Origin: an uncultured Candidatus Saccharibacteria bacterium
GTDB lineage: Bacteria; Patescibacteriota; Doudnabacteria; UBA920
Length of the DNA stretch: 64,000 bases
Reading direction: 5' to 3'
NCBI GenBank assembly: GCA_964512925.1
Contig: CAZEKH010000003.1
Location: forward strand, 16,772 to 80,771
The notes beneath the pieces were generated by a model that saw only the letters and a list, made by a program, of their open reading frames with translations, was not told where the DNA came from and ran no database searches. Below are positions 11,469 through 16,523 of the stretch, in pieces (the first letter of the stretch is position 1; every line of letters begins with the position of its first letter). Both the position numbers and the translations under genes were made by a program.

Positions 11469-11747
11469 TTAATGTTTTTCTGGGAAATCAGTATTTATTT
11501 CCGAGGCTTTAAATATATTTTGATTTAAACCATAAACAAATGTACGACGACTATTGGAAATTATAATAATTTTTCCTTCTCGTAGTAAAGCTTGTAGAGC
11601 ATTGTGGATTGTACTACGTGATAAACCGGTTATGTTTTCTAACATAACTCTTGTCAATCCTTGATTGTTTCTTTTAAAAATATCAAATATTGTATCTCTT
11701 GGAGTTCGTTCATTAAAAAAAATTTCAGGAATTATTCTTTCTCCCAT
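11469..11747 (-). CDS. Small winged-helix DNA-binding protein (start moved to an internal Met to remove overlap with the PIN gene)
   Basis: ORF 11469-11843; region GLTRVMLENITGLSRSTIHNALQALLREGKIIII resembles HTH plus wing; the listed N-terminus overlaps the PIN gene by 92 nt, so an internal Met start is assumed. Confidence 0.4.
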   Translation of the reverse strand: MGERIIPEIFFNERTPRDTIFDIFKRNNQGLTRVMLENITGLSRSTIHNALQALLREGKIIIISNSRRTFVYGLNQNIFKASEINTDFPEKH

Positions 11748-11751
11748 AAAA

Positions 11752-12198
11752 TTATTTGTTATTTGAAATAAAACTTGTCCACTGTTTCCAAAGATCCATG
11801 CCTTCGTCTTTGTAGCCGCTCCAGAACTGGATGGGGGTAACAATTTTTACGCGCTGGTATTCTTCCAGCTCCAAAAGAGCTCTGTCTGACGTTATGAGAA
11901 AATCAGCTTTTGCCTCAACCGCGCTTTCCAAAATTTTGTTGTCCTCTGGGTCTGATACAATCCGAATCTGCCTGCGGTTTACTACCCAATTTACCTGGGA
12001 AAAAAATTCCGAAAGTTTTTTTTCGTATTCCGGATTGTCTATCAGCTGGGAAACTATGAGCTTGTTTTCTTGCAGGGTTTGCCTATTGGCGTAAGCTTCT
12101 ATACCACCTGAGACCACTTCGTCAATGATCCGTTTTTCATACGAATAGTCGTCTTTAAAGCCGTTTATCAAGACGTTTGTGTCTAAAACAATTTTCAT
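11752..12198 (-). CDS. PIN-domain (VapC-like) putative toxin ribonuclease
   Basis: 148 aa; MKIVLDTNVLIN..KADFLITSDRALLE carries the PIN acidic residues; 4-nt overlap with the upstream small gene. Confidence 0.75.
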   Translation of the reverse strand: MKIVLDTNVLINGFKDDYSYEKRIIDEVVSGGIEAYANRQTLQENKLIVSQLIDNPEYEKKLSEFFSQVNWVVNRRQIRIVSDPEDNKILESAVEAKADFLITSDRALLELEEYQRVKIVTPIQFWSGYKDEGMDLWKQWTSFISNNK

Positions 12199-12404
12199 TT
12201 TGTTAAAATATAGTGTTGATCTGCGCCAGTTGGTTCTTTAACGATTTTTAGATAACCTTTTTCTGCCAGGGATATGAGAAGTGAAACAGAGTCTGATCCT
12301 ATTGGTGTATAGTACGTTTCTTGATTTGGTTGCAAATCAAGCCCCGCTAAAAATTCAGCTTCTACGCTTGATAAACTTTCCTGCGAAATTTTTTCTTGCG
12401 GCAT
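12195..12404 (-). CDS. Small wHTH-like protein, candidate antitoxin partner of the PIN gene
   Basis: 69 aa; ATGA-type 4-nt overlap with the PIN gene start; C-terminal SLLISLAEKGYLKIV..HYILT looks like a winged helix. Confidence 0.4.
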   Translation of the reverse strand: MPQEKISQESLSSVEAEFLAGLDLQPNQETYYTPIGSDSVSLLISLAEKGYLKIVKEPTGADQHYILTK

Positions 12405-12405
12405 A

Positions 12406-12915
12406 TTATTTTCTAATCGGCATTAAGTACTTTTTTGGATTTTCATCCAAATCTATAAAAAAGTCTGTAAGCTCTTTTATTTTATGTGAACAGGATTTGC
12501 CAAACGCCAGAGTTTCAGTAAACTGACCGGTCATTTGTAAGTATTCTAAAAGCGGGACATAGTCCCCGTCGCCGGAAGCTAGAACCACCACATCAAGCTT
12601 GTTCATCATTTTAACTATATCCATCGCAATGCCCACATCCCAGTCCCCTTTTTGGTGCCCGCCGGCAAAAGTTTGGAGTTCCTTTACTTTGACCTCGAAG
12701 CCGGCTTTCTGCAAAGCGTCAAAAAAATTTTGTTCCTCGGGCATATCTGCTTTCACCACATAAGCTATGGCGCGTATAAGTCTTCTGCCGGCCACAGCCG
12801 CGTTTAAAACCTCGTTAAACTTCACCCTGGCGTTGTAGATGTTTCTGGCAGAATAGTACAAGTTCTGCACATCGACAAACACGCCTACTCTTTGGTCCGG
12901 ATTTCGTATTGGCAT
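12406..12915 (-). CDS. NYN/LabA-like (DUF88) domain protein, predicted RNase fold
   Basis: 169 aa; VGVFVDVQNLYY, GDWDVGIAMD and VLASGDGDY are the conserved acidic motifs of the LabA/NYN family. Confidence 0.85.
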   Translation of the reverse strand: MPIRNPDQRVGVFVDVQNLYYSARNIYNARVKFNEVLNAAVAGRRLIRAIAYVVKADMPEEQNFFDALQKAGFEVKVKELQTFAGGHQKGDWDVGIAMDIVKMMNKLDVVVLASGDGDYVPLLEYLQMTGQFTETLAFGKSCSHKIKELTDFFIDLDENPKKYLMPIRK

Positions 12916-12930
12916 AAAAAAAGTTTAGAT

Positions 12931-13245
12931 TTATAAAATAGTTACTTTAAATTTTTTTTCTGGCAAAATTTCAAGAGTTAATCTGCCAGCTTTTTGTAAA
13001 TTTTCTAAGTGTGTAAGTACTAAATCCGAATATTTTTCACGTACATCAACAAGACCGCAAATTTCTTCAAGTGTATAAACTTTATTTGCAAGACTTATTA
13101 AAAGGAATTTTTTTATACGCCCATCTGCTTCGCGTTTAAATCTTTTTTCAGAAAGTTCTTGTCTAATTTCTTTTGGTAAAGATAAAAATTGGTCAGCTGC
13201 ACTTACAACTTTTAGATACATTTTTTCCGGATTTATATTTGGCAT
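12931..13245 (-). CDS. Hypothetical small protein with a wHTH-like C-terminus
   Basis: 104 aa; tightly packed between rmuC and the NYN gene; YTLEEICGLVDVREKYSDLVLTHLENLQKAGRLTLE looks like a winged helix. Confidence 0.4.
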   Translation of the reverse strand: MPNINPEKMYLKVVSAADQFLSLPKEIRQELSEKRFKREADGRIKKFLLISLANKVYTLEEICGLVDVREKYSDLVLTHLENLQKAGRLTLEILPEKKFKVTIL

Positions 13246-13246
13246 A

Positions 13247-14263
13247 TTATTGAACTAATTTTTTTTGATCAATAACCTCTGTCTCCATCTTTAAATGCGC
13301 TGCATTGGTTATGCTGTGTTGGAGTTTTGAATAGTCATTGGTTACCGTGCTCATAGTGTTGTTGGCATTGACAATGTGCTTGCCCAAAACTTCCAGGTTG
13401 CGGCCGAATTTTTCTGACTCCTGTTTGATGCCAGTGATCATTGCCAGGATTTGCTGCGCCATTTTGTTGATTTCTTGGCCGCGCAAAGAAACTACTATGT
13501 TTTGGAGGTAAATAAACAAACTGTTTGGAGAAACCGGCATCACTCTTTTTCCCCTGGCATAGATCATCACCTCTTCATCAATGATAATTTCCTGGTAAAT
13601 GCCTTCAGACGGGACATACATAAGAGAAAAGTCAAAAGTTCCTTCTTGGGGTAAAATATATTTTTTATGAATTTCATCAATTCGTTTTTTTACATCTTTT
13701 AAAAACGCTTTGCGCAAAACTTCGGCCGATTCGTCACTTTTAGCTTCTTTCATCAGTCTGAAATTTTCCATACTGAATTTGGAGTCGATCGGGAGTATAT
13801 TTTCACCGACTCTTATGATCGAATCCACAGTCTCACCATTTTTAAATTTATATTGCATCTGGTAGCCGCCCTGAGGTAGGATTTGGGCGAGCATATTTTC
13901 CAGCATTTCCTCGCCGAAGTTGCCACGCATTTTTGGGCTAGCCAAAGTCTCGGTCAGTCTTTTGATGTCAGGGCCTATTTGAGACATCTGCCCCAGTTCT
14001 TTACCCAGGGCGCCGATGTATTTAGCCGCGTTGTCCAGCCTTTCATTGATAGCTTTTTGAGTTTCGTCCAGGGTTTTTTGCATCCCTTCCCGGGTGGACT
14101 CGGTTGACTGCTTCATTTCGCGCATCCATTCCATCATAATCTTTTGAGCTTGGTCTTCCTGGGGCTTTTCCAGACTTTTTTTCAGATTAAGTAAGAAAAA
14201 TACCAAAGCGGCAAAACCAAGAAATATTATTGTGGAAAAAATGTATAAGTAAGTAGAATTCAT
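13247..14263 (-). CDS. rmuC: DNA recombination protein RmuC family (membrane-anchored predicted nuclease)
   Basis: 338 aa; N-terminal TM, coiled coil, then RmuC core (NILPIDSKFSMENF, KKYILPQEGTFDFSLMYVPSEGIYQEI, RVMPVSPNSLFIYLQNIV). Confidence 0.82.
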   Translation of the reverse strand: MNSTYLYIFSTIIFLGFAALVFFLLNLKKSLEKPQEDQAQKIMMEWMREMKQSTESTREGMQKTLDETQKAINERLDNAAKYIGALGKELGQMSQIGPDIKRLTETLASPKMRGNFGEEMLENMLAQILPQGGYQMQYKFKNGETVDSIIRVGENILPIDSKFSMENFRLMKEAKSDESAEVLRKAFLKDVKKRIDEIHKKYILPQEGTFDFSLMYVPSEGIYQEIIIDEEVMIYARGKRVMPVSPNSLFIYLQNIVVSLRGQEINKMAQQILAMITGIKQESEKFGRNLEVLGKHIVNANNTMSTVTNDYSKLQHSITNAAHLKMETEVIDQKKLVQ

Positions 14264-14312
14264 ATCAAAATTATAACAGATTTAGGGTTTTTTAGGAAAA
14301 TTCACCTAAGTC

Positions 14313-14346
14313 TTGACAATTATCACTCTCGGGTGTAGAGTGATAA
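14313..14346 (+). promoter_or_regulatory. hsp20 promoter (-35 TTGACA, 17-bp spacer, -10 TAGAGT) overlapped by a CIRCE-like inverted repeat TTATCACTC-N9-GAGTGATAA
   Basis: Read directly: ttgaca at 14313-14318; inverted repeat 14320-14346 with a 9-bp spacer differs from the HrcA CIRCE consensus TTAGCACTC-N9-GAGTGCTAA at one symmetric position per arm. Confidence 0.6.
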
Positions 14347-14471
14347 TATAAAAAGAATTAACGCCCGATTGGCATCCTGCGTTTAGAGGGGGGAAAAGTA
14401 GCGCAAAGTTTTCGCGAAGTCTATCCCTCCTTTAGCCACAGAGAGCCAATATCGGGCAAGAAAGGAAATGT

Positions 14472-14879
14472 ATGGTAAATTTAGTGCCAAGTTCTTTCTT
14501 TAATTTTCCTAGAGTTCCTTCACTCTGGGATGAAGACGAGGATTTTTGGAGTATGTCCTCTACCCCCTCAGGGTTGACTGTTTCCGAGGATGAAAAGAAT
14601 GTATATATAGAAGCCCAGGTTCCGGGCATTGATCCAGACAAGGTGGAAGTTACTTATGACAAAGGTGTGTTGTGGGTCAGGGGTCAAGAGGAACAGGAAG
14701 AAAAACAAAAGAAGTTTTATAGGAAAGCGGCTTCTTCGTTCTCCTACCGCGTTGCGGTTCCAGGAGATGTAGATGAAAATCAGGAGCCAACAGCCACCCA
14801 CAAAAACGGAGTTATGCGTATAACCTTTCACAAACGCCCTGAAATCCAGCCAAAGAAAATTACGGTCAGGAAAGAGTAA
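14472..14879 (+). CDS. Hsp20/alpha-crystallin family small heat shock protein
   Basis: 135 aa; alpha-crystallin domain (DEKNVYIEAQVPGIDPDKVEVTYDKGVLWVRGQ....FSYRVAVPGDVD..ATHKNGVMRITFHK). Confidence 0.9.
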   Translation: MVNLVPSSFFNFPRVPSLWDEDEDFWSMSSTPSGLTVSEDEKNVYIEAQVPGIDPDKVEVTYDKGVLWVRGQEEQEEKQKKFYRKAASSFSYRVAVPGDVDENQEPTATHKNGVMRITFHKRPEIQPKKITVRKE

Positions 14880-14887
14880 AAAACTTT

Positions 14888-14916
14888 AAAACCCAGGATA
14901 AATTCTGGGTTTTAAT
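14888..14916 (+). terminator. Rho-independent terminator downstream of hsp20
   Basis: aaaACCCAGgataaattCTGGGTtttaat; stem plus T-rich tail read directly. Confidence 0.55.
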
Positions 14917-14923
14917 AAACTTC

Positions 14924-15047
14924 CTCGTCCCTTTACTATTCTACAGAAAGAAATTGCCCCACTTTTTTGCAAAGTGAGGCACTTTCTTTATGGCGGACTT
15001 CAGCGGACTTCCGCCAGAGGCGAATAAACATCTCGTCCCTTTACTAT
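14924..15047. repeat. Short element bounded by 16-bp direct repeats (ctcgtccctttactat at 14924-14939 and 15032-15047), containing a hairpin and a palindromic tRNA-3'-end-like motif
   Basis: Direct repeats read directly; internal hairpin gccccacttttttgcaaagtgaggc (14956-14980); palindrome tggcggacttcagcggacttccgcca (14991-15016) whose arms equal the tRNA-Asp 3' end AGTCCGCCA. Confidence 0.5.
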
Positions 15048-15093
15048 CAAGCAATAATAAAATACCTAAGCACTAAGCCAAGGTATTTTATTA

Positions 15094-15170
15094 TGGCGGA
15101 CTGAACGGGACTCGAACCCGCGACCTCTCCCGTGACAGGGGAGCGCTCTAACCAACTGAGCTACCAGTCC
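15094..15170 (-). tRNA. tRNA-Asp (anticodon GTC), CCA encoded
   Basis: Minus strand GGACTGGTAGCTCAGTTGGTTAGAGCGCTCCCCTGTCACGGGAGAGGTCGCGGGTTCGAGTCCCGTTCAGTCCGCCA folds as a canonical cloverleaf: 7-bp acceptor, D-stem GCTC/GAGC, anticodon loop CUGUCAC, T-loop TTCGAGT. Confidence 0.9.
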
Positions 15171-15290
15171 GTATTTATTTTTAATGGCTGTGCCATGAAC
15201 TTGAGCAAGCTATATACAGCCCTGAACTACTCACCATAAATGTCTCTAGTATAGGGCATAAACTATCCTAAAAGATTTGCGAATAGTTTA

Positions 15291-15335
15291 TGGTGCCGGG
15301 AAAGGGAATTGCACCCCTGATCCGCCTATGGCGGA
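15291..15335 (-). pseudogene. Decayed tRNA fragment (T-arm plus acceptor 3' strand and CCA) fused to a TCCGCC-TAT-GGCGGA palindrome
   Basis: Minus strand ..CAGGGGTGCAATTCCCTTTCCCGGCACCA has a T-arm and CCA end but no complementary 5' acceptor strand; it shares the unusual T-loop TGCAATT with the tRNA-Met at 15370-15446. Confidence 0.45.
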
Positions 15336-15369
15336 CTTATGTACCCCGCTAAAAGAATTGTTTTCTTTT

Positions 15370-15446
15370 TGGTAGCGGAGAGTGGAATTGCACCACTGAC
15401 CTTGGGCTTATGAGTCCCACGCTCTAACTAACTGAGCTACTCCGCC
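15370..15446 (-). tRNA. tRNA-Met (anticodon CAT), elongator type or possibly tRNA-Ile2; unusual T-loop
   Basis: Minus strand GGCGGAGTAGCTCAGTTAGTTAGAGCGTGGGACTCATAAGCCCAAGGTCAGTGGTGCAATTCCACTCTCCGCTACCA; acceptor with G1-U72, D-stem GCTC/GAGC, anticodon loop CUCAUAA, T-stem AGTGG/CCACT; T-loop TGCAATT has G at position 55. Confidence 0.78.
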
Positions 15447-15475
15447 AAAAAATTTACTAATCCGCCTCTGGCGGA

Positions 15476-15513
15476 CTATGAGTCCCACGCTCTAACTAAC
15501 TGAGCTACTCCGG
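15476..15513 (-). pseudogene. Partial duplicate of the tRNA-Met 5' half (acceptor 5' strand to anticodon loop), preceded by a TCCGCC-TCT-GGCGGA palindrome at 15461-15475
   Basis: ctatgagtcccacgctctaactaactgagctactccgg nearly identical to 15400-15446 of the intact tRNA-Met but lacks the 3' half. Confidence 0.5.
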
Positions 15514-15532
15514 CTCTCATAAAATAACTAAC

Positions 15533-15568
15533 AAAAAACCTGCGGACAGCAGGAAAAGGCTGTCACAA
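15533..15568 (-). terminator. Rho-independent terminator downstream of tRNA-fMet
   Basis: Minus strand ..gacagccttttCCTGCtgtccGCAGGtttttt: stem CCTGC/GCAGG followed by a T6 run. Confidence 0.5.
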
Positions 15569-15575
15569 TAATTTT

Positions 15576-15879
15576 TGGTTGCGGGACCCGGACTCGAACC
15601 GGGAATCTCAAGGTTATGCATACCACTACAATTTTCATTGCTTTGCTTGGCAAATTTGTGGTCTGGACTTTATCTTCACCATAGCTTTTTGCTTTAGGTG
15701 TCTGCCATTAAGTCTCTACGCCTTTCCCAAAAATATTTTGGGACTTGGTTCGGGATTACCATTTTACAGGCTTCCCCGAATTTGACAGAATTCACGGCTA
15801 AATTTCTTATGCCGCAGCCCATTGCGAGATTAAAATCTCTAACTCGAGCCTTGCGAGATGCCAATTTCTCTATCCCGCG
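15576..15879 (-). tRNA. Initiator tRNA-fMet (anticodon CAT) interrupted by a 228-nt group I intron between positions 33 and 34
   Basis: 5' exon (minus, 15879-15847) CGCGGGATAGAGAAATTGGCATCTCGCAAGGCT; 3' exon (15618-15576) CATAACCTTGAGATTCCCGGTTCGAGTCCGGGTCCCGCAACCA. The spliced product has a perfect cloverleaf with a C1xA72 mismatch and an A11:U24 pair (bacterial initiator determinants), anticodon loop CUCAUAA, T-loop TTCGAGT and CCA. Confidence 0.8.
15619..15846 (-). ncRNA. Group I self-splicing intron in the tRNA-fMet anticodon loop
   Basis: Intron follows exon U33 and ends in a terminal G (..GUGGUAUG). Recognisable conserved elements in canonical order: P-like AAUUCGGGGAAGCC, Q-like AAUCCCGAAC, R-like GUAGAGACUUAA, S-like AAGAUAAAGUCC; P7 pairing GACUU/AAGUC. 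No ORF inside. Confidence 0.7.
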
Positions 15880-16117
15880 ATACAGCAATTTTTAGGTATT
15901 GCCTACCTGCGCCAGTCTTAAAATATTTTTCCCTGATCTTAGCTTCTTTTAAAGTTTTAAATTCTTCAAAATAAACCAATTTCCAAGGACCTTTATTTCT
16001 AGTGTAGGAAGGAAAATCAATATTAGTATTATGTTGTTCCAGTCGTTTTATAACATTAGAGGATACCCCTTTGTATAGTAAACCTTGTGGATTTTGAATT
16101 ACATAAGCAGTAAACAT
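15839..16117 (-). CDS. Small GIY-YIG nuclease superfamily protein (YhbQ/UPF0213-like), read-through C-terminus overlaps the tRNA-fMet 5' exon
   Basis: 92 aa; AYVIQNPQGLLYKGVSSNVIKRLEQHN...WKLVYFEEF..EAKIREKYFKTGAGRQYL matches the GIY-YIG catalytic core; the last ~13 codons lie over tRNA-fMet positions 1-33. Confidence 0.72.
   Translation of the reverse strand: MFTAYVIQNPQGLLYKGVSSNVIKRLEQHNTNIDFPSYTRNKGPWKLVYFEEFKTLKEAKIREKYFKTGAGRQYLKIAVSRDREIGISQGSS
15855..15882. repeat. 28-bp direct repeat copy 1 (tRNA-fMet positions 1-25 plus 3 nt of 5' flank)
   Basis: gagatgccaatttctctatcccgcgata; identical copy at 16148-16175 on the other side of the GIY-YIG gene. Confidence 0.8.
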
Positions 16118-16147
16118 AATTTAAAAATTACGATCCGCCATGGCGGA

Positions 16148-16175
16148 GAGATGCCAATTTCTCTATCCCGCGATA
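16148..16175. repeat. 28-bp direct repeat copy 2: orphan duplicate of the tRNA-fMet 5' end (acceptor plus D-arm), abutting the palindrome tccgccatggcgga (16134-16147)
   Basis: Exact 28/28 match to 15855-15882, read directly. Confidence 0.8.
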
Positions 16176-16221
16176 TTTTTCTCACCTCAATAATTATACA
16201 GTATTATTAATTTTTTTGCAA

Positions 16222-16256
16222 CATAAAACCACTTCAGTTTTGGAAGTGGTTTTATG
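16222..16256. other. Long perfect hairpin (14-bp stem)
   Basis: cataaaaccacttcagttttggaagtggttttatg; T-run precedes rather than follows the stem, so not a canonical terminator. Confidence 0.4.
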
Positions 16257-16290
16257 TTCTCGCGTATAGCGGGAAAGTGCAAAGCGAAGC

Positions 16291-16365
16291 TTAGCGCTTC
16301 TTTTTCTTGGCGCCGCCTTTTTTCTTGGCGACTTTCTTCTTTGCAGTTTTTTTCTTGGTAGCCAT
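16291..16365 (-). CDS. Possible 24-aa lysine-rich peptide MATKKKTAKKKVAKKKGGAKKKKR
   Basis: ATG preceded by AGGGAGA (spacing ~12 nt) and an in-frame upstream stop; 14 of 24 residues Lys. Below the ORF-track size cutoff. In an AT-rich genome it could be spurious. Confidence 0.25.
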   Translation of the reverse strand: MATKKKTAKKKVAKKKGGAKKKKR

Positions 16366-16523
16366 TTTGGGCTAGTCTCCCTGGAGTCTTAACTGAATTT
16401 TGGCTAAGCTCCATTAATTTTCTACAGCTCGGATATAAATTCCGAAGGAGTAGCTGATTTAGATTTTTCTTTTGCTCTGATTTATTTTCGTTTCTGTAAA
16501 GAAATATTATATTGCAGCTTTCT

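Noticed and set aside
15579-15895. Short ORFs (15579-15785 +, 15694-15888 -, 15698-15895 +) inside the tRNA-fMet intron, considered as possible intron-encoded homing endonucleases
   Set aside because: At 64-68 aa they are too short, carry no LAGLIDADG/GIY-YIG/HNH/His-Cys box motifs, and cut across conserved intron core elements. The intron appears ORF-less.
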